NCBI RefSeq assembly: GCF_009831105.1
Contig: NZ_WUUQ01000001.1
Location: forward strand, 947,301 to 979,300
Source of the DNA: Copranaerobaculum intestinale
GTDB taxonomy: Bacteria; Bacillota_I; Bacilli_A; Erysipelotrichales; Erysipelotrichaceae
DNA: 32,000 bases
Direction of reading: 5' to 3'
The position numbers and the translations under genes are program-made. Under the pieces are notes generated by a model. That model did no database searches. It saw nothing but the letters and a program-made list of their open reading frames with translations, and was not told where the DNA came from. Below are positions 1 to 9,700 of this stretch, piece by piece. The stretch's first letter is position 1. Every line of letters begins with the position of its first letter.

Positions 1-1
1 C

Positions 2-241
2 GGCTTGACGTTTCGGATTTCCGGGGATGAGTTTGTGATGTTGATTTTTGAGCAGGATGTTACGCATGTGCTGGATGCCCTGCACCGTTTGGATTTTGTC
101 ATACCCTCCGCCAATGTTCGGTTTCGAGGTGTCAGCTTCGGCATTTCACACTATCCAAGCGATGCGGTGCTTTTGGATGACCTTATTTCTTTTGCCGATC
201 AGCAGATGTATAAAAGTAAAATGAAGAAAAAGCAATCCTAA
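2..241 (+). CDS. C-terminal fragment of a GGDEF-domain protein (diguanylate cyclase family); the 5' end lies outside the window
   Basis: The frame is open from the window edge. The translation FRISGDEFVMLI carries the GG(D/E)EF signature as an SGDEF variant, followed by the usual C-terminal half of the domain and stop TAA at 239-241. Confidence 0.75.
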   Translation, partial: GLTFRISGDEFVMLIFEQDVTHVLDALHRLDFVIPSANVRFRGVSFGISHYPSDAVLLDDLISFADQQMYKSKMKKKQS

Positions 242-307
242 ATATTCATGAAACGAAGGTGGCTGAATCAAAAAACAGCAACTCCGGTGATTGAACGTTA
301 TTTTGAC

Positions 308-336
308 TTGAGGGCATTTCATTTACAAGCTATAAT
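308..336 (+). promoter_or_regulatory. Putative sigma-A promoter for recG (TTGAGG - 17 nt - TATAAT)
   Basis: TATAAT is at 331-336 and a weak -35 TTGAGG at 308-313. The -10 ends exactly 7 nt before the recG ATG (343), and no Shine-Dalgarno lies between them. Confidence 0.4.
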
Positions 337-342
337 AATATC

Positions 343-2352
343 ATGGAATTAAAAGCGCTGAAAATATCTGATAAAAAAATCGCATTGTTAAACAGCATGG
401 GGATAGGTAAGGCAGAGGATTTGCTGACATACTATCCTTTTCGTTATGAACAGATTGAATTTATTCCCTATGAAAATTGGGAAAAAGGCGGAAAAGTAGC
501 ATTAGAGGGAACCATTATTACGCGTGCGAGCGTTTTTCGCTACGGTTATCATAAAAGTATCACCAGATTTAAAATTGACAATGAGGCTGGTGAGTTTGAT
601 ATTGCATTATTTAATCGTCCGTGGCCGAGCACATTTGCGATTGGCAAAAAAATCACGGTAATCGGAAAATATGAGGGGGGCAGTAAAATTACCGCTCTGC
701 AATATAATTTTAACCCGCTGGCTGAACAGCTTGGCATCGAACCCGTTTATACGGTGAAGGAGGGTATCACCCAAAAGGATATACGTAACTATATCAGAAA
801 AGCCTATGATGCATTATCCGCTACGATTGAAAATGTGATACCGCAGCCATTTCTTGATAAATACCGATTAATAGACCGAAAGGATGCTATTTACGGTGTG
901 CATCATCCAAATAATTCATCGTTAATCAAACAGAGTCTGCGTCATCTTAAATATGAAGAATTTTTTAAGTTTCAGTTTACGATGCAGCTGCTGAAGCAGG
1001 TTGAGAAAACCGCGGCGGTCAAATCGGGAAAGCAATTTGATAATGAGGATGTATGGGAATTGAAAAAAACGCTGCGCTTTGATCTGACAAGCGGTCAAGT
1101 GGAAACCATCCAGGATATACTGAATGATATGCACAGTGAGAGCATAATGTACCGTATGGTGCAGGGTGATGTTGGATGCGGGAAAACGTTGGTTGCGGCA
1201 TTCGGCATGTATGCCTGCGTACTGGCTCATAAGCAGGCGGCTTTGATGGCGCCGACGGAGATACTGGCGAAGCAGCACGGGGATAATCTGAAGCAGCTGT
1301 TCCAGGACTTTGATGTGCAGGTAGAAGTATTGTATGCCTCGCTGGGGCTGCCGGAGCGCCGCGCTGTTTTGAAGCGCTTGGCAAATAATGAAATTGATAT
1401 TCTGGTCGGTACCCATGCGCTGTTTCAAGAAGAAGTACAGTTTTATGATTTGGGCATGGTGGTCGCGGATGAACAGCACCGTTTTGGGGTTGAACAACGG
1501 CGGCGGCTGTTGGATAAGGGAGATAAGGTGGATTTTCTTTTGATGAGTGCAACGCCGATCCCGCGTACCCTGGCAATGTCACTGTTTGGTGATATGGATG
1601 TGTCAACCATCAGCGAGCTTCCAAAAGGAAGAATGCCGGTAACCACGAAGCTGGTCAAGGCGAATTCGATGCAGCCGATCTTGCAGGATGTGCTGAAACA
1701 GATCGATGATGCGAACCAGTGCTATATAGTTTGTCCCGCGATAGAAAAGAATGAAGAATTTGCGGTACGCAATGTTACAGATATTTATGATGCGCTTCAA
1801 AGTGCGATCGGCCGAAGATATCGCATTGCGCTCCTGCACGGACGCATGAACTCCCAGCAAAAGGATTCGGTCATGCATGGCTTCGCGGCTCATGCATACG
1901 ATATTTTGGTATCGACTACGGTAATTGAGGTCGGTATTGATGTGAAGGATGCCAACATCATGGTTATCTACGATGCCCATCGCTTTGGTCTGTCTCAGAT
2001 TCATCAGCTGCGGGGAAGAGTCGGCAGAGGGACACGCCCCGGATATTGCTATCTGCTGACTTCAACAAAGGATCCAGATAGTCTAAAACGCTTGGAAATC
2101 TGTGAGAGGACGAACGATGGCTTTGAAATTGCGCGGGCAGATTTACAAATCCGCGGCCCCGGTGATATCCTGGGTACACGTCAAAGCGGTATCCCGGGTT
2201 TTATTCTGGGGGATGTAATTGCTGATGCAAATATTCTTGAGGTGGCTCGTGCTGATGCGGCCTACGCATTGAAACATGCGGAAGAACCGGCGTTTGCCCC
2301 TCTGTATCAGAAGTTGAAAGAACAGCTTGATGAAACGCGTTATTTGGATTGA
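343..2352 (+). CDS. recG: ATP-dependent DNA helicase RecG
   Basis: 669 aa. N-terminal wedge region (LTYYPFRYE), Walker A GDVGCGKT, DEQH box VVADEQHRFG, motif VI QLRGRVGRG. Length and architecture are typical of RecG. Confidence 0.95.
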   Translation: MELKALKISDKKIALLNSMGIGKAEDLLTYYPFRYEQIEFIPYENWEKGGKVALEGTIITRASVFRYGYHKSITRFKIDNEAGEFDIALFNRPWPSTFAIGKKITVIGKYEGGSKITALQYNFNPLAEQLGIEPVYTVKEGITQKDIRNYIRKAYDALSATIENVIPQPFLDKYRLIDRKDAIYGVHHPNNSSLIKQSLRHLKYEEFFKFQFTMQLLKQVEKTAAVKSGKQFDNEDVWELKKTLRFDLTSGQVETIQDILNDMHSESIMYRMVQGDVGCGKTLVAAFGMYACVLAHKQAALMAPTEILAKQHGDNLKQLFQDFDVQVEVLYASLGLPERRAVLKRLANNEIDILVGTHALFQEEVQFYDLGMVVADEQHRFGVEQRRRLLDKGDKVDFLLMSATPIPRTLAMSLFGDMDVSTISELPKGRMPVTTKLVKANSMQPILQDVLKQIDDANQCYIVCPAIEKNEEFAVRNVTDIYDALQSAIGRRYRIALLHGRMNSQQKDSVMHGFAAHAYDILVSTTVIEVGIDVKDANIMVIYDAHRFGLSQIHQLRGRVGRGTRPGYCYLLTSTKDPDSLKRLEICERTNDGFEIARADLQIRGPGDILGTRQSGIPGFILGDVIADANILEVARADAAYALKHAEEPAFAPLYQKLKEQLDETRYLD

Positions 2353-2356
2353 AGTG

Positions 2357-2365
2357 TGCTATAAT
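2357..2365 (+). promoter_or_regulatory. Extended -10 element (TGCTATAAT) upstream of rnc
   Basis: TGn+TATAAT at 2357-2365, 32 nt upstream of the rnc ATG. The -35 region falls in the recG 3' end and is poor. Confidence 0.4.
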
Positions 2366-2397
2366 ATTACGGAAAGAATGAAAGAACTGGTGAAATC

Positions 2398-3081
2398 ATG
2401 GATACAATATACGATTGGCTGGATGCTAAGGGAATTCCTTACGATAATAAAGAACTGATTGAAGTAGCGCTGACGCATTCTTCTTATGTCAATGAGCATA
2501 AGCATGCGCAGTGCGATAATGAACGGTTGGAATTTATGGGTGATGCCGTGCTGCAGATTTGGACCAGCAAAAAGCTGTTTTTAATGCAGCCGCCCCTTGA
2601 TGAAGGCAAGATGACAACGCTGCGCGCGCAGCTGGTTTGTGAAGAGGCGCTGGCAGCCTATAACCGCAAGCTGGGTTTGGCAGCCTACTTGAAACTGGGG
2701 GTCGGGGAAGAAAAAACCGGCGGCCGTAATCGCGATTCAATTCTTGCGGATATGTTTGAAGCGCTCTTAGGGGCCATTTACCTGGATCAGGGACTGGAGC
2801 CGATCAATACGCTGCTGGAAGAAGTGATTACGCCGACAATTCGCTCACCGAAAAGTGAACGGGTGATTGATTATAAAACAAAGCTGCAGGAATATGTGCA
2901 GTCGGATTCCCGCAAAACGGTGCACTATGAAGTTGTTAATGTGACCGGCCCCAGTAATAAGCCATTATTTGAAGTAATTGTAAAGCTGGAGGATATCACA
3001 TTGGGAAAAGGCATTGGATATTCGAAGAAGCGGGCGGAACAGCAGGCTGCGAAGGATGCGTTTGAAAAAATGGTAAAATAA
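2398..3081 (+). CDS. rnc: Ribonuclease III
   Basis: 227 aa. RNase III signature ERLEFMGDAVL and a C-terminal dsRNA-binding domain (KTKLQEYVQ...KKRAEQQAAKDA). Confidence 0.95.
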   Translation: MDTIYDWLDAKGIPYDNKELIEVALTHSSYVNEHKHAQCDNERLEFMGDAVLQIWTSKKLFLMQPPLDEGKMTTLRAQLVCEEALAAYNRKLGLAAYLKLGVGEEKTGGRNRDSILADMFEALLGAIYLDQGLEPINTLLEEVITPTIRSPKSERVIDYKTKLQEYVQSDSRKTVHYEVVNVTGPSNKPLFEVIVKLEDITLGKGIGYSKKRAEQQAAKDAFEKMVK

Positions 3082-3110
3082 GCAATACACATTATTCGTA
3101 TTGCTTTTTT
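3080..3110 (+). terminator. Rho-independent terminator after rnc
   Basis: Stem AAGCAATAC (3080-3088) / GTATTGCTT, 9-nt loop, followed by a T run to 3110. Confidence 0.8.
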
Positions 3111-3159
3111 CTAATCATAAGAAACTCTGTTAAAATAGCGGTTGCTCGGGAGGGATGTT

Positions 3160-4470
3160 ATGTTGAAAAAACTTGGTAAAAAAATATTGCTGGCGCTGCT
3201 TGTGATCACCTGTCTGCCCATTGTCAGCATACAGGCTAAGCAGCCATCATCAGCTTCTAAGCTAGTGGCCAACGGACATGAATTTGATCTAAAGAGTGAG
3301 CAGGCAATCCTGATAGATCTGACGGATCAGAAAATCCTGTATCAGAAGGATCAAAATAAACGGATTCATCCGGCCTCGATGACGAAGATCATGACCGTGC
3401 TAGTAGCAATTGAACATATCGATGATCTGGATCAGACCATGGTATTGGACGATGATGTGTTTGAAGGCCTGCTGGAGGCAAATGCGAGTGTAGCGGGTTT
3501 CCTGCTGCGGGAAGAAGTGACAATGCGGGAACTGCTGTATGCGACGATGATTGCCAGTGGAGCGGATGCAGCGCGGGCGCTGGCCATTCATGTCAGCGGC
3601 AGTGAAGCAAATTTTGTAAAGCTGATGAATCAGAAAGCAAAAGAGCTGGGATTGACGAATACTCATTTTGTCAACACGACAGGATTAGATGATGACGATC
3701 ATTACGCTACAGTTAGTGATATCGCAAAGCTGCTTGAGTCAGCGATTCAAAATAAACAGTTTCTGAAAATTTTTAAAACCAGAGAGTATACGCTGCTGGG
3801 CAATGAAGTACGTGAAACTGGCATACAGCTGAAAAGCACCATGCTGGGACAAATTGAAAATCTAGGGTATGAGGATAATCTGATCGAAGGAGGAAAAACC
3901 GGTTATACGGAGGGCGGCGGCTTATGCTTGGCCTCAACAGCATGGCATGAGGGTACGCATTATCTTGCGGTTACGGCAAACGGCGGGCTGGATCACAACA
4001 GCGGCAATAACATTATGGATGCCTATACCATGTACCAGTATTATTTTAAGAATTATGCACGCAAAACCATTGTAAAGAAGGGAATGGTTTATTTAACACT
4101 TCCGGTAAAATGGAATTTTTCTCAATCCAAACTGGAATTTAAGGCAGATAAAGATTTGACTACGCTGGCTCCGTCGGATATGAAGGAGGATGCTGTCAAA
4201 AAGCACTTCATCGGTGAAAAGACAGTAAAAACCCCGATTGCAAAGCAGCAGCTGCTTGGACAGTTGGAATTTATGTATGGTAATGAATTGTTAACCAGTT
4301 TGGAGATGCGTTCGACCGAAGAAATTGGCCGAAATCCGCTGCTGTATTACAGCGAACCGATTTTGAATTTTTTCAAAACAAATGCCTTAGCTACGGTGCT
4401 GCTGATCGCTGCATGCTTTGGGGTGGTTATCATTATTATCTGGCGTAAAAAATACCGTCGGTATTTGTAG
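3160..4470 (+). CDS. D-alanyl-D-alanine carboxypeptidase (peptidase S11, PBP5/DacA-like), membrane anchored
   Basis: SxxK motif ASMTK, KTG motif GGKTGYT, N-terminal signal/TM segment, C-terminal TM anchor. I prefer ATG 3160 (GGGAGGG SD at 3148-3154) over the TTG at 3142 that opens the ORF. Confidence 0.85.
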   Translation: MLKKLGKKILLALLVITCLPIVSIQAKQPSSASKLVANGHEFDLKSEQAILIDLTDQKILYQKDQNKRIHPASMTKIMTVLVAIEHIDDLDQTMVLDDDVFEGLLEANASVAGFLLREEVTMRELLYATMIASGADAARALAIHVSGSEANFVKLMNQKAKELGLTNTHFVNTTGLDDDDHYATVSDIAKLLESAIQNKQFLKIFKTREYTLLGNEVRETGIQLKSTMLGQIENLGYEDNLIEGGKTGYTEGGGLCLASTAWHEGTHYLAVTANGGLDHNSGNNIMDAYTMYQYYFKNYARKTIVKKGMVYLTLPVKWNFSQSKLEFKADKDLTTLAPSDMKEDAVKKHFIGEKTVKTPIAKQQLLGQLEFMYGNELLTSLEMRSTEEIGRNPLLYYSEPILNFFKTNALATVLLIAACFGVVIIIIWRKKYRRYL

Positions 4471-4478
4471 GAGGATTT

Positions 4479-5660
4479 ATGAAAAATTTAGATGAAATAA
4501 TTGAACGCCGTGGTACGACTGCGGTAAAATGGAATCATTTAGCGGAGGCGTTTGGATGTGATGAGGATGCGCTTCCGCTTTGGGTAGCAGATATGGATTT
4601 TGCCTGTGCAGATCCAATCCTGGCAGCGCTGAAGGAGCGGATTACACATCCCGTTTTCGGCTATGAGGATGGCTATGATGAAGCCTATACCGAGGCGGTT
4701 ACCGGTTGGTTTAAGCGGCAGTTTGATTGGGAACTGCGGCGGGAGGATTTGTTTTTCAGTCCCGGGGTAGTGCCGGCACTGGGCTTTTTAATCGATATGC
4801 TGAGTGAAGAAGGAGAAGGAATTATCATTCAGAGTCCGGTCTATTATCCGTTTGCGGCTAAGATTCGTGCGAATCATCGAGAAGTGATTGATAATCCGCT
4901 GATTTGTGAAAATGGCTGTTATCGTATGGATTTTGACGATTTGGCAGAAAAAATGCGTCTTTCACAGGTACGCGGGATGATTTTATGCAATCCGCATAAC
5001 CCGGTCGGCCGGGTGTGGAGCAAAGCGGAGCTGAAACAGGTAGCAGCGATTGCGGAAGCGAATCATAAATGGATCATCAGTGATGAAATTCATTGTGATC
5101 TGATTCGCAGCGGTTATCAGCATACGCCGTTAGCAAAAGCGTATCCCAAATATCGGGAGGAAATTATCACCTGCACGGCCCCTAGCAAGACATTTAATTT
5201 GGCCGGTCTGCAGAACAGTAATATTATCATTCATAAGGAAGCATACCGAAAGCTGTGGAAGAAGAAGGTCATCGACCGTTTTTCAATCAGCGAATGCAAT
5301 ACCTTCAGCCGCACCGCCACAATTGCGGCATATAAGGATGGAGAAGCATGGCTGCGGGAGGTAAATGCCTATGTGGATGCGAATTTTCAATACTTATCAT
5401 CTTTTTTAAAGGAACATCTGCCCAAGGCAGTATTAACACCGTGTGAAGGCACCTATCTGGCTTGGATCGATTTTCGCGCCTATGTGAGCGATGCGGCTGA
5501 GCTGGAGCGGATTATGCGTCATGAAGCAAAGGTAATTCTCGATGAGGGCTCATTATTCGGGGAAAATGGCAATGGCTACGAACGCATCAATCTGGCTTGT
5601 CCGCAGTGTATTTTGAAAGATTGTTTGAACCGCATTGCCGGTGCCCTTATACGGGATTAA
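4479..5660 (+). CDS. PLP-dependent aminotransferase class I/II, PatB/MalY-type cystathionine beta-lyase (C-S lyase)
   Basis: 393 aa. N-terminal RRGTTAVKW, PLP-lysine context APSKTFNLAG, overall MalY/PatB-like layout. SD GGAGGA lies 8 nt after the upstream stop. Confidence 0.8.
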   Translation: MKNLDEIIERRGTTAVKWNHLAEAFGCDEDALPLWVADMDFACADPILAALKERITHPVFGYEDGYDEAYTEAVTGWFKRQFDWELRREDLFFSPGVVPALGFLIDMLSEEGEGIIIQSPVYYPFAAKIRANHREVIDNPLICENGCYRMDFDDLAEKMRLSQVRGMILCNPHNPVGRVWSKAELKQVAAIAEANHKWIISDEIHCDLIRSGYQHTPLAKAYPKYREEIITCTAPSKTFNLAGLQNSNIIIHKEAYRKLWKKKVIDRFSISECNTFSRTATIAAYKDGEAWLREVNAYVDANFQYLSSFLKEHLPKAVLTPCEGTYLAWIDFRAYVSDAAELERIMRHEAKVILDEGSLFGENGNGYERINLACPQCILKDCLNRIAGALIRD

Positions 5661-5669
5661 GGAGGTTTC

Positions 5670-6626
5670 ATGATTTATTTGGCATATGGCTTGCTTGCGG
5701 TACTGGTAGTACTCTTCTCGATCAAGCTGTCTCAGTATGTGGATGCACTTGATAAGAAAACGAATTTATCGGGTGCGTTTATCGGCGGGGTCATGCTGGC
5801 GGCAGTCACTTCGCTGCCGGAGCTGTTTACATCGCTTACGGCAGTATTGGCTTTGGATCAGCCCCAGCTGGTACAGGGAGATGTGCTGGGAAGCAATGTT
5901 TTCAATTTATGTATCATTGCAGTGGTAATTTTGATTGCGGCCAAGGGCTATCGTGATTCACAGGTTTCCCGTTCCCATAAACAGACGCTGCTTTATGGCT
6001 TGATCATGTACGCTTTGGTGTTTTTAGCGATTATAAAGCCGATCACGCTTGATTTGGGGATCATCAATGTCAATTTAATGACCATTTTGATCCTGCTTGT
6101 ATATGCGGTAAATGTTCACAGCATGAAGCATGATGATTCCGCAGACAACGAGGAACCATGCGATCTTGATTTGAGCGTACCGCAAATTACTGTTCGCTTT
6201 CTTTTATTCAGTGTGGCGCTGGTGCTGGTCAGCATTTTATTGACTCAGGTTACCAATATCATTGCCGAGGATTTGAATATGGGAGCTACCGTGGCAGGGG
6301 CGATCTTCTTAGGGGTAGCCACTTCACTGCCGGAGCTGTCCGCTTCTTTGTCCCTCATGCGGCTTGGTAATTTCAATGCATCATTTGGTAATGTAGTAGG
6401 AAGCAACTTGTTTAATTTCATTATTTTCTGCTTTGCCGATATCATTTACACGAAGGGAAGTATTTATTTAAACGATGGTCAGGTCATGAATCTGATCGGA
6501 TTCGGCGCACTGTCATCCGTGCTGGCATTGGGATTTCTGTATGGGAAAAAGCATGTCTGGGTATTGCGTATACTGAGTGTACTGATCTTAGGCTGCTATG
6601 TTTTCAGTATTGTATGTTCGATGTAA
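5670..6626 (+). CDS. CaCA-family sodium/calcium (cation/Ca2+) exchanger membrane protein (YrbG-like)
   Basis: 318 aa polytopic protein with two alpha-repeat motifs (TSLPELFTS...GDVLGSNVFNL and TSLPELSAS...GNVVGSNLFNF). Confidence 0.8.
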   Translation: MIYLAYGLLAVLVVLFSIKLSQYVDALDKKTNLSGAFIGGVMLAAVTSLPELFTSLTAVLALDQPQLVQGDVLGSNVFNLCIIAVVILIAAKGYRDSQVSRSHKQTLLYGLIMYALVFLAIIKPITLDLGIINVNLMTILILLVYAVNVHSMKHDDSADNEEPCDLDLSVPQITVRFLLFSVALVLVSILLTQVTNIIAEDLNMGATVAGAIFLGVATSLPELSASLSLMRLGNFNASFGNVVGSNLFNFIIFCFADIIYTKGSIYLNDGQVMNLIGFGALSSVLALGFLYGKKHVWVLRILSVLILGCYVFSIVCSM

Positions 6627-6636
6627 AAAGGCTTGG

Positions 6637-6662
6637 CCGGTTCAAAAAAAGGACCGGTTTTT
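6637..6662 (+). terminator. Rho-independent terminator after the dac-lyase-CaCA trio
   Basis: CCGGTTC / GGACCGG stem (one G-U pair), A7 loop, T5 tail. Confidence 0.55.
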
Positions 6663-6707
6663 CATTTCCTTTACGAGGAAAAAATGATATGATAGGTAAG
6701 ATTAGAA

Positions 6708-9700
6708 ATGGGGAATTTGATGAGTTTAAATCTGCTTGATATTGTGAAAAAAATGGAAGTGGATAATCCGGACCTGCAGTATTTTGAAGGCGGATCTTTT
6801 GTGATGGATCCAATCTATATACGGAATCAGAACCGTCTGCGGATCGAGCTGCAGCTTCCCAAAGTATTGCCTTATGAAGTCTATGATATCTTTTTGGCGC
6901 GCTTAATCAAAATTACCCGTTCCCAGATCGATTTAAAGGTATATTGTGAAGATCCGGCGATCGATTTTATGGAGCTAAGAAAATACATTCGGCATTTTGT
7001 ATCCAAGCATGCCCATTTGAGGGTTTTTGAAGAGGTATGGCCGAAGGTAGAAGACGGCTATATCGTCTATCAGCTGACGGATGCAGGAAAGCGGGATCAT
7101 CTGATTCAAAACAAGCATCTGCTCACGGCTTTTCTAAAGGACTGCGGTATAACTCAGGAAATCACGGTTCAGGAGCTGACTCTGGAAAAAAGCATACCGG
7201 AAGTTGCCTGCAAACAATCCCGGACTGAACGACCTGCTCCAATTTATGAAGAAAAAAAATTTATGAGACCCAAGGGGAAGAAGGGCTTGGATCGGTATGT
7301 ACCTTTTGCGATTCATGATATTAGTGAAGCTTGTCACGATATTAAGATTCGCGGTAAGATTTTTGAACGGGAAAACCGTACGCTGCGCAATGGCAAGGAT
7401 ATACAGAGCTTATGGATTGCGGATGAGGATGATGCGATCATCATTAAACGGTTTGAACGCGGTGCGCTAACCAAGGAAGTATTAAATGAAATCAATGTTG
7501 GAGACAGCGTGATTGCATATGGCCGTGTGGAATACGATACGTATACGCGGGAGCTGGTGTTCATGCCGGATGTCATTGAGCAAACAGCAGAGAAAAAACG
7601 CCATGATACCGCTGATGAAAAACGTGTAGAGCTTCATGTTCATACGAAGCTTTCGGAAATGGATGGAGTCTGTGATATCGAGGAATTTATCGCCCAGGCG
7701 AATGAATGGGGTCATGATGCGATTGCTTTGACCGATCATATGGTCGTACAGGCATTCCCAAAGGCGCAGCATGCAGTAACCGCAATCAATAAAAAGCGGG
7801 AAAAACCTTTCAAAATGCTGTATGGAGTTGAGATGAACATGGTTGATCCGCTTCTGCATATTGTCCGCAATGCCGATGATACGGAACTGGAAAAGGGCGA
7901 GTATTGTGTATTTGACTTGGAAACTACGGGGCTGTCCTCACGCTATGACCACATCATTGAGTTTGGCGGTCAGATCATGAAAGACCGCACCTGCATTCGC
8001 AAGCTTCAATTATTCATAAAACCGCCGGTGGCGCTGAGTGCGTTTACGATGGAGCTTACCAATATCACAGAAGAAGAAATGCGTACCGCCAGACCGTTTG
8101 AAGAATGTGTTGATGAAATTCTGGAATTTATCGGTGAACGCATTCTGGTTGCCCACAATGCTGATTTCGACTATAACTTTCTAAATGATGAGCTGGTTCG
8201 AAGCGGCCGTGCGCCATTGATGAATCCGGTGATTGATACGCTTGATCTGGCCCGTTCGCTGCACAGCGACCGCAAGGGATATCGGCTTGGTCAGATTGCC
8301 CGCTCCTATGGCATCCGCTATGAGGAAGATGTCGCTCACCGTGCTGACTATGATGCGGAAATTCTGGCTCAGGTATATATGAATATGCTGAATGAACTGA
8401 AGCATATCAAAACGCTGAAGGAACTGCAGGAAATGCAGGATCCATCCTGTTTTAAGAAAGTATTTAAAAAGCATGTTACCATTTTGGTGAAGAATAAAAC
8501 CGGCTTAAAAGAACTGTTTGAATTAATTACCCTGTCACACTGTAAGTACCTTGCCTTTAACGGTAAAAATACCGCCAATATCGTCGCGGAACCGCGCATC
8601 CCCCGTGAGGAGATCGATAAGGTTAGAAAAAACGGAAATTTGCTGATCGGCACCAGCTGTTTGAATGGAGAAGTTTTTGACTTGGCGCATACCCGTAATC
8701 AGCAGGAGCTGGAAGCGGCAATGGCATGGTACGACTATGTTGAAATTCAGCCATTGGCGTGCTATGAGCATCTCATCGCCCGGGATCAGATCGGTTCTAT
8801 GGACCGGCTGAAGCAGATTCTTGGTGATATTATCAGCACCGGTTATCAGCTTGGTAAAATTGTCGTCGCAACGGGTGACGCGCATTATGTGCATCCGGAA
8901 GAAAAACAGATTCGTGATATTTATATTTCCTCTCAGGCGATCGGAGGAGTGCGCCATCCCCTGTATATTTATAATCAGGAGCGGCGGCGCAAAAGCAAGG
9001 CGCCGGATCAGCATTTTTTGACTACTGATGAAATGCTGGATGCATTTGCTTGGGTTGGTAAGGACCGAGCTTATGAGATGGTTGTTACCAATACCCAGAA
9101 GATTGCGGAAATGATTGAACCGGTCTATCCGGTAAAGGATCGTCTGTATCCCCCAGATATCGAAGGATCAGATCAGAAGTTGCGGGATATCTGTTATAAA
9201 CGGGCACATGAAATATATGGACCAAAGCTGCCGGAAATTGTGTCCAACCGATTGGAAAAGGAATTAAAGAGCATTATCGGACACGGCTTCTATGTGGTTT
9301 ACTATATATCACATCTGTTGGTTAAAAAATCCAATGAGGACGGTTATCTGGTTGGTTCCCGAGGATCGGTCGGCTCTTCATTTGTGGCAACGATGGCTGG
9401 TATTACAGAGGTAAATCCGCTGGCCCCGCATTATGTGTGTCCTAAATGTCATTATGTGGAGTTTTTTACCGACGGCAGTATTGCATCTGGTTTTGATTTG
9501 CCGGACAAGAAGTGTCCAATCTGTAATGAAACAATACGCGGAGATGGTCAGGATATACCGTTTGAAACCTTTTTGGGCTTTGAAGGTGATAAGGTGCCCG
9601 ATATCGATCTGAACTTTTCCGGTGATTATCAGCCAACTGCTCATGCTTATACCAAAGAGGTATTCGGTGAGGATCATGTATTCCGTGCCGGAACCATCGG

